From Octopus bimaculoides (lineage: Eukaryota), in assembly GCF_001194135.2 (NCBI RefSeq), contig NC_068993.1, positions 5,598,225-5,662,224 on the forward strand: a DNA stretch of 64,000 bases, given 5' to 3'. This document shows positions 12,133 through 26,744 of the stretch, in pieces (within the stretch, counting starts at the first letter, position 1; every line of letters starts with the position of its first letter). The translations under genes and the position numbers were made by a program. Under the pieces are notes generated by a model that worked only from the letters and a program-made list of their open reading frames with translations, did not search any database and was not told where the DNA came from.

Positions 12133-15100
12133 GCACACACACACAATTTCTGGGTTACCAATAGTTTCATGTAAAGAGGATCTCTTTATAATTTTCAGAC
12201 ATGTCACATGGGAATGTTGGTGTTTGTCTTAGAGTACATACACACATATGTATATTTTATAAATTCATGAATGTGTGGATATTTAAAATTTTTGTAAATG
12301 TATATGTATTTTGGAATTTTTTTAAAGTTAAATTTTTTTAATGTAAAATTTTCTATATTTGAACTACTGTTTTACCTTTTCAGTTTATTCCTACCAATAT
12401 CACAATTTTTTTCCCATTTTACAGCAAATAAGTTAATGGTTTGTTGTGACATTTTATTGTTATAAGAGCAATATTTATATAAATTAGTTTCATTGTCTGG
12501 TATTTGCATAGACTGCACACACATACACACAGATGATTTAAAAAAAAATACTGCTCTAATATATTAAAAATATTTAAACTTACAAAGTTGGAAAAATCCT
12601 AGAAGAGACAGAATAGCTTTGGAACCTTTATATATGATGAAGTTGAGCTAACCAAAACTTTCAAGTCACTGTCAACTTCTTCCTTGTAAAAATTAATAAA
12701 TATGCACTTGGGTAAAAAACGTATTGAGTTATCTTTCAGTTAAATGTTAGATATTTATATACAATTTGATATGAAAAGAAACATTAATTTGTGTGTGTAT
12801 GTGCGCGTGTGTATGTATGTATATATGTGCGTGCGTTCATGTGTTACTTGGTATTGTTGATTAACATATTGAAAAACATTTACTGATGGTGGGTCTCTAT
12901 ACATTTAGTAAAGTAATATTCATTGATGATATTGGTTTGATTGGGACTTCTAAGTTTCACCTTTAATAGCTTATTCATTCAGAAAAGATTGTTTGGCTTT
13001 CTTTGTATTGGTCAACTGTGGTTGAAGACACTTGCTCAAGTTGCTGCTTATTGGAATTGAAACCTCCTAGCCACCTCTCTATACTGACCCAGTAGGTGTG
13101 AATTGTTTGTAAGGAACATTGGTCTGAGTATGAGGAATCATTAGTAGCACTGGTACCACTACATTCTGTAAAGTGGTTGGCAAAGAAGAGACATTGTAGA
13201 GTTCGGGAGAGCTTTTTGTCTTGTCAAGGACATGAGAATTTTGGCCAAGCTGCTACCATGAGGATTTGCATTCTGTGTGCTTAACGTGGTTGTTGATAGG
13301 AAGAGCATCCAGCTGGGGGACCCAAGCCGAACCTAAAGCTTCACATTATGAACTTGTTCGTATTGTGTTGTTGCATCTAGCTGATGCCAGCATTGAAATC
13401 AAATGTAAAGTGATGGTGGTTGTAGTGATGATGATGATGATGATTGAAGTAGAGGGAAGCAAAGCAACTGAAGCTGCAAGGTAATGTAGTTGATGCCAAT
13501 TAAAGTGTTAATTAACAAAGGCCATTAGTGAAAGGTTAGATGTTTAGAATATATGTATTTTTTGTGAAGAAACCAAGATCAGGCAAGCATTGTAACTTCT
13601 GTTTTTCTGAGTGCTCCGAGATTCATTTCTTTCTCGGCTCTACAAATTACATGCTTGCTTTGGGTGAACTAGACCTGTAACATTGGTTTCCCAATTACAG
13701 CAATTTTGCCCTTCCTCCACATGGTATGTTTTTGGAGAGGCATGAATATCCTATATTCATTCCTTCAGGTTTTTTCCTTTCATTTTTTTTTTTTTTTTTT
13801 TTTTAACCTGAGGGTTGTGTATCAATATTAATTTCTTTGTAATTTAGTATTAACCACATTACATTTTTTATATTTTAAGGGAAGCTGCCTTGATGTACTT
13901 TTGCTGTTTCTCTCATCTTTCAGCTTGAATGTGTGTCTTTTACTATTATCTTCACTTTAGTTCCACTTTTCCCTCAAACCATTTTTCTTCCAACCTCATT
14001 CATACAATTTCTCTTTTAGTCAACACTTTAAGGCTGCAGGTTTGCCAAATGGTTTTATGTATTAATGTACGTGTTCTCTGCTCTGAAATCATTACATCTT
14101 CATTGTTTATCGAAACTTAAATATAATTTATGAATTGTTTTTTGCATTAAGACTTTATTGGTTGAGGTTTTAGTTTGTTGGCTGGTAGGAATGATTAAAT
14201 GTTAATTAATTGTTGCCAAGAATGAAGTACAAATGAATTATAATTTCTAATAATCTTCTATGAAGTGAGACGGTCATTAGTTGAAATTTATTCTTGTGTC
14301 GTTTTCTTTCAAACTGGCAATAAATTTAGTATTTAAAAATGAAAATGAAATTTAAAGATTTCACAATGTGTAAATAATTAATTGAAGATCATTGTGATAT
14401 TGAAAGCCGTTTAAATGTTCTGATTATGTTTGAAGTCCAGTGGAATGTTGTCAAAAACTGTTTGGTNNNNNNNNNNNNNNNNNNNNNNNNNNNNNNNNNN
14501 NNNNNNNNNNNNNNNNNNNNNNNNNNNNNNNNNNNNNNNNNNNNNNNNNNNNNNNNNNNNNNNNNNNNNNNNNNNNNNNNNNNNNNNNNNNNNNNNNNNN
14601 NNNNNNNNNNNNNNNNNNNNNNNNNNNNNNNNNNNNNNNNNNNNNNNNNNNNNNNNNNNNNNNNNNNNNNNNNNNNNNNNNNNNNNNNNNNNNNNNNNNN
14701 NNNNNNNNNNNNNNNNNNNNNNNNCCAATTCTCTTTCTAATTATGATACTGTTTTTAATTATATTCATTTTGTTATTTGATTCTCTTTCTTTTGGCATTT
14801 TTGCATTTTTTTTTCTTCAGTTTGCAGTACAATACCGAATATTAGAGAACCCTGGCGCTCTGCAGGTATGAAAACTACCTGCACCCACTGCCTGTTGCTT
14901 ATTGTTTATATAAACAAAACTGGAACCAGTTTTTTTTTTTTTTAAATGAGTTTTTCTTTCTTTCCTTTCTTCACTTAAGACTTAGTGTACACAGATTTAA
15001 TTAAAATATACAAAAAAGAAAAAATTACAGACCCACAAAACTGCATGGGGTTAAATTTTATTTGTATATATGTGAGTGTGTATGTATGCAGGGGTCAAGT

Positions 15101-15774
15101 TGAAAACAAGGTAGTGTTTAGGTATAATTAAAAAGAAACCTTCACAGTTCAGTACAATGTGTTTTGAAAGCAGGAAATCCATTAAATTATCAGTGCAATT
15201 ATATCATAAATGTAGGGGGTGGTGGTAAATTGCCTCCTTGTCAGATACATGACTGTTTATTATTGAGAGGCATCAAATGCTGCTGGTGGGGGTGGGTTAC
15301 CTAGAAGTAGTTGATAGCTTTTGTTACCTAGGTGACCAAGTCAGCAGCGGTGGTGGATGCTCCTAGAGCGTAGCTGCTAGAATAAGAATAGGAGTTGGGC
15401 AAAGTTCTGAAAGCTTCTACCTCTGTTGGTAACTAAGGGCCCGTCCCTCAGAGTGAAAGGCAGATTGTATGATACCTGTGTGCAAACAGCCACAATGTAG
15501 TAGACTTGTTTCCTCTTCCAAAATTGCTGGCCTTGTGCCAAAATTTGAAATCAGCATTTCATTTTAGCAATGGTAATTAAACTGCCCTCCTGATGAAGGG
15601 GCATGACAGAATTGGTAGAGCATTGGATAAAATAGTTTGTGATATATTCAGTTTTGTCTCTTTTTGGTTCCATGTTAAATGCTGTCCTTCCCTGCCCTCC
15701 AGGTTGATAAGTTGAATTTACTGCTTGCCTTTCTGAGATCAATGAAAATGAATGTGAGTCAAATACTGTGGTTG

Positions 15775-15910
15775 ATATAATTGACCCAACCAGGCACAGG
15801 CAAACTTTTACAATGAGTGGGCCACATGAGACATGGCTCATCATCGAGCAGGCTTCACTGTGAAAAAATACAAAGTTAATTGAAGGTAGGCATGCCATTC
15901 ATCAAATCCT
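15775..15910 (+). repeat. Dispersed repeat family D (gggccacatgagacatggctcatcatc...)
   Basis: Similar copies at about 17260-17390, 24975-25140 and 50455-50560; class undetermined. Confidence 0.6.
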
Positions 15911-17519
15911 GCAAGCTGCACTTTGTCCATGACTGGAATAAACCCACAGAGGTGATGTCCAAGCATGACCGCAACCTAATGTCTGAGCACCAGAGGAAGA
16001 ATAAAGCAAAGTTTGTGAAATACATCACAATTTCTTGGTGTCTTCCTAACTCTTCTCTGGAAATATTTTCAACCCTTTAGCATGCAGATCACTCTGTTAA
16101 ATGCAATGCTTGTTTATTCACGTGGCTTTGAATTACTTATGCGTTATCTTGCTATTTCGAGATCTTGATGTTATGATTGCTTATTGTAAGATAGGTGTGA
16201 GAGGCCAGATCTGGCCAGTTTGACCATAAAACAGGGAGAATATTTTGGGCCAGATATGTTTGGTTTAAATGCTTAAAAGGTTAAACAGAAGCCTAGATAT
16301 TTGTTATTAGAATACATAAATTCTCTCACTAATTAAATTGAATTTAATTAAACTTCTGAAATTGGGATTTTTGATCTGCATTTCACAGATTAACGGAATA
16401 GTTACCTTTATATTTTTTTCCTATTTAAAAATAAATACAATAATTGTTTTCAAATTTGACCCTCTCAAATGAAGAACTGTGAACCATATACACTAATATA
16501 TATATGAAATATTATTATTATTATTATTATTTATATGTATATTATATATAAAAACTTATGGATAATATTTTCTTTTTAGTGTTTTTTTTTTTTTTTTCAA
16601 AAATATTTTTTGCATAAAGATAATTGTAGTTCTTGTTATTTGCCATCCTTCCTCTATTTAGTGAGCTGTACGTTATTATTGTAGATTTTCATATGGCCAA
16701 CATTGATTAGTCTGGTGTTGGTTTTTTTTCATTGTTTTATTTGTCTTTATAGTTGACATTATTATTATTATTTTTCTCTTTCTTTCTCTATATTGTTCTT
16801 TACTAAACTTCGACTATTATCTCATTTTACAAATTTTTTTTTTTATACTCTTAATTCGTCACTTTTGATTTTTACATGCATAATTTCTTCACTTTTCTTT
16901 TCATATGCATATCTGAACATGTACATGTGAATGTATCTTAAATTGTTTGCCTTCATGTTGAAATATCTAGAAGAAAACAAAAACGAAACAATTGGGAATT
17001 ACTGAAAATGTCTTTGATATCCAGTCACCTCCTCTTGTCTAAATCCTCTACTCATCATCCACTCCGCCTGTTCTTCATTCTACTCACTACTTCATCCATT
17101 CCTTCATACCTTGCTTTCCTCCATACACTCTTGCAACCTCTAACACACACTCCTGGTTCTTCCTTCCCCACCCCCATTCACTTCATACCTTGAGGGTCCA
17201 TGTGGCCCTTCTACCGCAAGAGACCTGTTCTGCTCTGGCCCCTTCTCCGGTACTTTAAGTCAGACATGGGCAACAATTTTTTGATAAGCAAGCCACATGA
17301 GACCTGGTTCGTTATCAGGTGAGCTGCACCACTAAAGATAAAATTGAAGGTAATTTTTCATTAGGTGTGCCATTCAGAAAGCTTTGCCGTCCCCAGTTTT
17401 CCCATGATTTCTGTCACACTTCACCTCATATCTTGAGGCTGCTGCTCTCGGGTTTTGTAGTGCTGCAATCTGCATGGTGACCTCACTAGTGCTGGTGATA
17501 TGAAAAATGCACCCAGTAT

Positions 17520-17685
17520 ATATATTTTGTAAAGTGGTTGGCTTTAGGAAGGGCATCCAGCTGCAGAATCAATGTCAACATAGATTTTGGAACATGAAGC
17601 AGTCCTTGAACCCATTGGAGCCTGTCAAACTGTCCAACCCATCTCAGCATGGAACATGGACTTTTAATGATGATGATGATGATGT
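17520..17685 (+). mobile_element. Retroposon 3' fragment with aggaagggcatccagc box, ccagcatgga end and (GAT)n tail (RTE-type tail, inferred)
   Basis: Related copies at about 6425-6597(+), 4555-4700(-), 13290-13445(+) and 19225-19345(-). Confidence 0.7.
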
Positions 17686-18519
17686 ATATGGGAAGAGCAC
17701 AGGTTTGGTTGACTGGTCAAGAAGTTTGGTTTGCTGCAAGGTTTTCAGTTCAGGTTCAGCTTCCCTGCACCTTGAGCAGGTGTTTTCAACTGTAGCCCTG
17801 GCCTTTGTTCAAGGTCTCTCTTGGACTGCAACTATTATCTTGCCATTGGCTAGCTTTGATTATGCTGCTTTGGAGCTTGGTCAAGCAGTGTGTGTGTGTT
17901 ATACATTTGTAAGTAAATTAAATTTGAATTAGATAAATGCTTTGGTTATTGAACACTCAGTACTTTGTATTAAAAATTAAGATATATACCATGCATACAT
18001 GCACACACAAACATGCGCGCACACACACACACGCACTCACATGTACGCACAAATAAGTAAAACCAAATTTCAAAATAGATGAGCAGAAGTGTTTTATATC
18101 GCAGAACTGTTTTCCTTAAATCTGGAGTTTTTTCAATAAATCCTTGACCCTTTATTAGCAGAGAAGTAAGCTGAGCTGCTTCGTTGATGGAATAAACAGC
18201 ACCTTATTCCCTGCTCTCAGAACTTAATGGTGTTTATATTTTAAAATGTTATTGCTTAAATTTTATTATTTGGTTAAAGATAAATTTCCATTATTTTTTA
18301 GGTCACTATCTCTGGTCTCATTTTGACTGCATTTATGTTTTATTATTTCTGTGGTTTTTATAAATTATATTCTAATGTTTTTGTTTTTGTTTTGTTTTTA
18401 TATCTATTCTTTTGATGTATTTTTGATGGATAATACTTTTTAATTTATCTTTTCTGTACCAGACTCGAAAGTTATGATCTTTTTTCTTTGTTTTTCTCAT
18501 TTTCTGCTTTGGGTTCTAG

Positions 18520-18603
18520 ATGGAACTGTTTTGTGCTGTAAACATTCTCCAGTTCATCTTCCTTGCTTTACGACTGGACAACTTCATTTTGTGGAATTGG
18601 GTG
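18520..18603 (+). CDS. TMEM185: TMEM185 coding exon 4 (MELFCAVNILQFIFLALRLDNFILWNWV)
   Basis: Not in the ORF track; read by hand. ttctag acceptor, GTATGT donor, 84 nt; matches human LEILCSVNILQFIFIALRLD. Confidence 0.95.
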
Positions 18604-20328
18604 GTATGTGTAACCTATAATCCTACATTTTTATCTTTGTTTCTAAATTCCTAATAATGACCCATTAAATGTCTGCAGAGGTCAGTTCTCATCAAATAGT
18701 TATCTAGTTGTCTTTGTTGTTTAGCTTCCAGATTAAAAACTAATAATTCCGAAATTAAAAGTAAATCTGAAGGATATATTGAAGTTGGGTTTTGTCAACT
18801 GTAAGTTTCCTTACAACATTAGTCTGGGGTTTAATTTAAAGAAATGAACTTAGAATCAAATGCATATAGTTTAGAACAGTGGTGTCCACAGACTCTTGGA
18901 TTTTCCACAAGATGTTAATGGGGTTTCTTGAGCTATGTTCAAAGTTTTAAAAGGCTGCGATGTAAAGTGTATAATTACTCAGTCCATCAGAGGAAAGTAT
19001 GTTTGGGCACTTATGGACGTTTGGATGCTCTTCCTGATGTCAACCTCTGCCTATTTTCAAGTGTGGTTAATAATCTCAGTCTTTCTAACAACATGTTTAC
19101 ATGGAAACCTGGTAACAAAACAACACAATATGAATGAGTCTTTTGTTTATGTCAAGACATGTTCGGAAGCCCAGACGTACTTTCATGGGGGACTGTAACC
19201 AAACACGTTATATATGATTATTCATCATCATCATCATCATTTACTGTCTTCTATGCTGGCATGGATGGTTGGTTTGATAGTTGCTGGCTAACCAGAGGAC
19301 TGCACCAAGTCCTGGTGTCTGCTTTGGCATGGTTTCTACAGCTGGATGTCCTTCAGTTTCAGATATCTTTCATTTGAGAGATAAAACTGAGAAAACAAGT
19401 TTGTTAACATAATCAGCTTATTGAATATATACAACTTTCAGAAGCCCTGGGGTCTGTGGGAAAATTCCTGGGGTCTGTGGTCAGTGATAGAAAGATTTGA
19501 GAATTAGATTTTGAGCATTATTTCAATATCAGGTAAGTTATCTCCCCTGAAGTAGTTTATAGCTTAGTATTGCACAACAGCCCGAGAAAGAAAAGATAGC
19601 AATCCTGAGCCGTCTTTTGTCGCCATGGACTGATTTCATGCAAAACGATTTTCCCACAGACCTGGGGATCATACGCATAACAAATACAGTAAAGTGCATA
19701 ATATATAATTTAATTATTACATATGTAATACATATATAATTATTGGTGTATGTCAACCAGGGATGTTGCCATACTCACCATGCTTGGCACTGCAGGTTGG
19801 TGAGCCCTTAAGAGGGCTTTTACCTCATGCGGGAATATGTCGGGCCTATTCTTTACTGCCAGTATCCACATGACATATGGATCTCATCCTCTATCTGGGG
19901 CCTATATGATCATGACTGGCCAGAGACAAACAGAGGTGGAAGGAGTCCAGGGAGGAGTTCCTCCCTCATGGATAAGGATCAGGATGTATGGAATGCAAAA
20001 ACATCCTGCAGACTGATAGTCAATAAAATAGAAATAAAATTTCAACATTTTTATTTATTCTGTGTGTCCCTGTATGAAATTATTCATGGCCTGGTCTGGT
20101 TTGTGACTCTGTGGTTGGGAACCCCTGGAATAGGATATGATCAAGCTAACTTAATCATGATGATAATGAGGATGTACTCTAAGGAAACAATGGATAGAAA
20201 TCTAAGTGCAACTGCCATAGCCATTGTGTTTGGTCAGTTTCTAGGAATTGTTTGCAGACAAATGTCTGCAACTTTGAAATGTTTCGTTGCAGGAAATTAA
20301 TTTTGTTTGTCTTTTGTTTTATTTTCAG

Positions 20329-20505
20329 ATTGTATTTATTCCTATATGGATTGTGATGTGTATAGCAATGATTGGGATGTTGTATAGAATAATTCTAACC
20401 ATAATCTTGATGAAGTCACCAGATTTAATTCCAGAACAGAGACGAGGAAATCTTTCTTCTGCCATAGCATATTCATTCCTTGTCATACCATTATTAACTT
20501 TCGAA
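20329..20505 (+). CDS. TMEM185: TMEM185 coding exon 5 (IVFIPIWIVM...PEQRRG...VIPLLTFE)
   Basis: ttttcag acceptor, GTAAGT donor, 177 nt; EQRR and PLLTFE motifs. Confidence 0.95.
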
Positions 20506-21116
20506 GTAAGTAACTTTTGAAGTTCAGTGTTGTTATGTTATTCCATGTAGAACCGTAGATTGGCAGAAGAGGTGCCATGTCAAACTGAAGACTTTGTGTT
20601 ATTTCGTTCTTTCTCTATGTGTTCTTGGTTCAAACTTTGCTCAAGTCAACTTGACCTTTTGCCCTTTGCCAGGACTGAATAACTGGAGTGTGAGTATTTG
20701 GGGTGTCTGTATAATTGGTTATATGGCTCTGTTTATGATTATATTTGTTTATGTCGTTTGATATCTTTATTCATCAGTCTCTACTAAGATAGAGACATGA
20801 GTAAAATTAATAATAGAGAAACAAAATTTAAACTTTGGAAACAGCAATGCTGCCATAATTTACGTGGAAACCATGAGCTTGCTTTCAAGGGAGATAATCA
20901 GAGAAAGACTTGAAAGTCAACGTAAGATCATAATACTTCATGTAAAGTAAAGTAAGTATAACAAATAATCCAGAATCCTTGTCTGGTACTGGATCAATCC
21001 CAAAATCTAATCGGTTCATGCCAGTCACAAGGCCAAACATCCCTGATGTATATATGTATGTGTATTTCAGTTGATTTGTCTATTATTATTATCTGTTGTG
21101 TTCTTTTCAATTTCAG

Positions 21117-21240
21117 ATCTTACTTGCCAATCGACTTGACAGCGATAACAACTTTAAATATTCAGCTATCACCGTGCCTTTGTTGATCTCCCTAATGACA
21201 CTGATATGTATGGCGTTTGGTTGTAAGGGAGGTAACCACT
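21117..21240 (+). CDS. TMEM185: TMEM185 coding exon 6 (ILLANRLDSDNNFKYSAITVPLLISLMTLICMAFGCKGGNH)
   Basis: tttcag acceptor, GTGAGT donor, 124 nt; matches human ILLVHKLDG...FGQKGGNH. Confidence 0.95.
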
Positions 21241-21737
21241 GTGAGTATACAAGTTTGCGTCTCAACGTTAAATAAGTCTTGTATTCAAAGCTGAGCAGGC
21301 TTCACACACCATATAGAGATAGCTACTCAGAGTTTCCCATTTTGTTGACTGGCTCCTCAGTTTTCTTCCTCAATTTCAAGCATGGAATATTCAGCTGCTA
21401 TGCTGCAATGGATAAATTGTCGCCATTTTATATTTTTAATTTCACACATGTGCATTGTTTATTTTTGATCTTTGTCAACTACACAGTATAGTAGGATCAG
21501 TTGGGCACCCGTCTGTGAGAAAAAACAGCACCATGACGCAAGTCACTCCGCCAAAAATTTGGAAGCGACATGCTGTACTGCTTGGCATTCATGCCGGAAG
21601 CTGCAATACGAACAAATGGTGAACACACAGAACAACCGTTCGCTTGCTGTGTCCCCAAAACATGTACTAAGAGTCATAAAATTGCTGACCTTGTGCCAGA
21701 ATTTGAAACCTATATTATTATTATTATAACTATTATT

Positions 21738-22185
<448 letters not shown>

Positions 22186-23129
22186 TCGGAGACAGCCAAG
22201 AAAGAGAGGGGTGAAGTGGGGGACAAAGAAAAAAGAAAAACCATATCAACTTGTCAAAATATGAAAAATCTGGAACTTTCTTTNNNNNNNNNNNNNNNNN
22301 NNNNNNNNNNNNNNNNNNNNNNNNNNNNNNNNNNNNNNNNNNNNNNNNNNNNNNNNNNNNNNNNNNNNNNNNNNNNNNNNNNNNNNNNNNNNNNNNNNNN
22401 NNNNNNNNNNNNNNNNNNNNNNNNNNNNNNNNNNNNNNNNNNNNNNNNNNNNNNNNNNNNNNNNNNNNNNNNNNNNNNNNNNNNNNNNNNNNNNNNNNNN
22501 NNNNNNNNNNNNNNNNNNNNNNNNNNNNNNNNNNNNNNNNNNNNNNNNNNNNNNNNNNNNNNNNNNNNNNNNNNNNNNNNNNNNNNNNNNNNNNNNNNNN
22601 NNNNNNNNNNNNNNNNNNNNNNNNNNNNNNNNNNNNNNNNNNNNNNNNNNNNNNNNNNNNNNNNNNNNNNNNNNNNNNNNNNNNNNNNNNNNNNNNNNNN
22701 NNNNNNNNNNNNNNNNNNNNNNNNNNNNNNNNNNNNNNNNNNNNNNNNNNNNNNNNNNNNNNNNNNNNNNNNNNNNNNNNNNNNNNNNNNNNNNNNNNNN
22801 NNNNNNNNNNNNNNNNNNNNNNNNNNNNNNNNNNNNNNNNNNNNNNNNNNNNNNNNNNNNNNNNNNNNNNNNNNNNNNNNNNNNNNNNNNNNNNNNNNNN
22901 NNNNNNNNNNNNNNNNNNNNNNNNNNNNNNNNNNNNNNNNNNNNNNNNNNNNNNNNNNNNNNNNNNNNNNNNNNNNNNNNNNNNNNNNNNNNNNNNNNNN
23001 NNNCTTTTTTCTTTCTATTTTCCAAGTTCTTTTCTTTTTGAATTCCATGTAATCTCGAGACTTTCAGTGTTGAAACTAAAGGATGGATTATTATTATTAT
23101 TATTATTATTATTGTTGTTGTTGTTGTTG

Positions 23130-24680
23130 TTGGCAGTAAATTGGCAGAATTGTTACAGTGTTGGACAAAATGCTTCTTCCAGCTTCGTGTTCAGAGTTCA
23201 AATGCTGTCGAGGTTGACTTTGTCTGTCGTCCTTTCGGAATAAGTAAAATAGACACCATTTGAGCGCTGTGGTCAATGTAATTAACCTACTCCCTTTCCA
23301 CTAGAATTGTTAAGGCAGTGAACTGGCAAAATCGTTGGAGCATCAAACAAAATACTTTCTGGAATTTCTTAAAACTCGTTAAATACTTAGTTAAAAATTC
23401 ATCCGGGGTTGATAAAGGGCCAGTCAATTACTGGGGGTCGATATGATTGACTTGCTCTCGTCTCTCAAAATGCAGGCCTTGTGCTGAAATTAGAAATTAG
23501 AATTATTATTATATTAAGGAAGACGGCAAGTTGGCGGAATTGTTAGCACGCCGGACAAAATGCTTAGCGGTATTTCGTCTGTCTTTACATTCTGAGTTCA
23601 AATTCCGCTGAGGTTGATTTTGCGTTTCATCCTTTCGGGGTCGATAAATTAAGTACCAGTTGCGTACTGGGGTCAATCTAATCGACTGGCCCCCTCCCCC
23701 AAAATTTCAGGCCTTGTGCCTATAGTAGAAAGGATTATTATTATTAAGGTGGCAAGCTGGTTGAATCGTTAGTGTGTCAGACGAAATGCTTGGCACCATT
23801 TCTTCCAGCTCTTTACATGCTAAGCTCAGTTCCTGCCAAAGTCAACTCTGCCTTTTGTCCCTTCAGGAATCGGTAAAATAAAATCCCAATCATTGCTGGC
23901 CTTGTGCAAAAGGTATAATTTTTTTTTTTCCCTAGGAAATAACATCCTAATCAGCTTTGCAACCTTGTACTCTTCTGTTGCAAAATATTTTAGAAACTTT
24001 GAAAACCTGGTTTATTTAAGAATTAATTTGTGAAATTTAGGCTCTGTTGAGTGTTTATCTTAGAGTCTTTAATTTCTAGTTTGTAAAATGGTTTAATTAC
24101 CATTCTGAAGGGAGCAAGCAGGTAGAATCGTTAGCACACAGGTGAAATCGCTTAGCAGCATTTCCTTTTGGCTCTTTCTGTTCTCAGTTCAAATTCCGCT
24201 AAGGTCAACTTTGCCTTTCATTTTTCCAAGGTTGATTATAATAAGTACCAGTTGAGCATTGGGCTTCATGTACTTGACTAACTCCCCCACCCGCCCCCTA
24301 AAAGCAGGCCTTAAGCCAAAGAAGGCAGCAAGGTGGCAGAATTCTTATCAGTATTTCTTTTGGTTCCTCATGTTCTGTGTTCAAATCCCACTGAGGTTGA
24401 CTTTGCCTTTCATCCTTTCAAAGGTCGATGAAATAAGTACCAGTAATGCGCTGGGGTCGATGCAATCAACTTATCTCATCCCCCGAAATTGCTGACCTTG
24501 TGCCAAAATTTGAAACCATTCTTGCTATTCTAAGAGGGCAATGGATTGGTAACTTCATTAGAGCATCAGACAAAATACCTTGCAGTATTTATTCCAGATC
24601 TTTATGTTCTGGGTTCAAATCTTGCTGAGGTCATCTTTACCTTTCATACTCTCAAGGTCATTAAAATAAAGTACCAGTGT
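23130..24680 (+). mobile_element. Head-to-tail cluster of about 7 SINE family A copies
   Basis: Repeated heads at about 23132, 23313, 23520, 23747, 24110, 24325 and 24535, all in the same orientation. Confidence 0.85.
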
Positions 24681-26744
24681 TTTCCCTATTTTCTCTTCGT
24701 GTTAGAATATAAGCTGGAAGTTAGGACTTTGAAGACATAAAGGAATTTCTTTTTCTTTTTACTTATGTCTCATAATTAAGTGTAGAAGGATCGTTCCTCT
24801 TAAATGGTAAAGACATTTGGTGCTGGCTTCCAGCTTGCACCAGCTGTCCCCCCCATATTAAACATGCTTGCAACAGTTGGAGAACAATGAGTGTTGAATT
24901 AATTGCTGTCAAGAAACTCAGAGTTCTGAATTTGTTGCATGCCTGCATCATTTAATAAATATATTCTCTGTCAGGCACGAGCTACCCTTTTTGAGAATTG
25001 GGTCACATGAGACATGGCTCATCATCTGGTAGGATGTACTGCTAAAAAATTTCAAGGTAATTTTTCGTTGGATGTGTTATTCAGAAAGTCTTGAGGGTTG
25101 CATGTGGCTGTGAGCCAAAGGTGGCCCATGACTACTCTGTATTGTACAATTGTTAAAGGGTTATTTTCGTAACTTGTTGACATGTTTCAATTTGTATATA
25201 TGATTGCTACAGCTTCATTTAAACTCCCTTTAATTGTAGGCAGTTATGGCAATATCATTAGTGAATATATGTTACACCACACACACTCATACACAGAAAT
25301 GTTTTTTCAAAGAGAAGGTAGAGCCAAAACTCTATGAGAGTTGTCAAAGTTAAGGTAAGACTCTCAACTCCTCAGCTTCACTCTAAGTTCCTCTTTATTT
25401 GAGAGGAATAGCTACCTGGGTAGATTTCCCATACAACAGGAGGAAACATCAGCCTAAGTGGTTAGCTTCCAGTTTTGGTTTCTGGTTTAAAGTTGTTTTT
25501 CCCTTTCAGTGTTAAGCTTTTCCTGCTGATAGTTCTCAAAAGGCGGGAAGGGGTTACTCAATATTTCGATTATTAGACAGGTGTTTAGAACATAATTTAA
25601 GGAAAGTTTCTTGCATAGAATTACGATGGGAAGTTTTAATTTAAATATGAACACTTTAAAACCTGGGCTTTAGTATCCGGGAACTGCAAGTGGCTATTGA
25701 AAAGGGTTAATGTCTTTGGACAAGACCTGAATATTACCAAACTTTCTCTTGGCATTTCAGGGATGCTGCTTGTGAGACCTTATGTAAAATCATTTGTCTA
25801 CCATATAAATGTTTTGAATAAATATTTATTAATACACATATGCTCACAAGTAAAGACACAGTTGCAAAACAAGGTGGGAAAAATAGTACTCAATACCAAA
25901 AGTAGAGTAGTATACAGTTTATTAAAGCTGAAAAAAATCTTCACAAACTGTTACTCAGTTTCATCTGATCATTTGTTAGTGTGTAGTAAGTGTGTATCTA
26001 TGCGATGGTGCTTTGCAGAAGGTATAACTTTTAGATTCTTAGAAGATCTATAATCATTTGATAGTTTATTTGCTAGTTTGAGAAGCAATTGACTTTATTT
26101 TGGAGCAGTGATCAAGATGGCACTGCTAAAACTGGCAGGGAATGGAATTAATAAAGCCACTGGATTAATATTTGCACCTTCAGCTTGAATTATTCTTCAA
26201 AATTCTCATAGTCTGGCAGATTCATGCAAATACTTTCCAAATTACAATGGCAGTTTTCTTCCAATTTTTTTTATATCTCTGAAGAGAGTGCAGACTCTCT
26301 GGGTGTTGCCCATTTTTACACTTACCTCTAAAATTACAAGGTTATAAAATGAGGCCTTACGTTCAACAAATACATTTGTTCTTGCCAATTTGAATAGTTG
26401 CAAGGCTGGTTTTTTTTCTTTCTTTTTTTATAAATTGGCAGTTTCTCTTGTACTAACTTGCTCTATGCCATCTCTCATCACTAAATAGAACTTATAATAG
26501 AACTGCTATCTTCTTTCCTTTCTGTCTTTCCTCCAAACTCCTCTTGTGGTTGATGTCTTCTCAATTTTAGTTCTCTCTTCTCCCCACAGAATTGCACACC
26601 TTAACTGGGTCATGTTTGCTTGATCTTACAGCAGTTACTGTTAGTAATGGTTGGCCAGTTCAAATATTTTACTTCTGTAGGGAGAAAACAACAAAATTGA
26701 AGGCTTGAATTGAGCCCTAAAGAGTCTTTGTGTAGCATGTAAAG

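Noticed and set aside
13924-14019. Acceptor followed by LECVSF..., superficially like an alternative exon 4
   Set aside because: In-frame TAG before any good donor; no real similarity beyond LE.
18463-18519. Upstream acceptor 57 nt before TMEM185 exon 4
   Set aside because: It adds an in-frame TGA; such AGs are common in pyrimidine tracts and nothing supports use.
19827-20300. 157-aa + strand ORF in TMEM185 intron 4
   Set aside because: No recognisable motif; it crosses compositionally different blocks and is probably a repeat relic.
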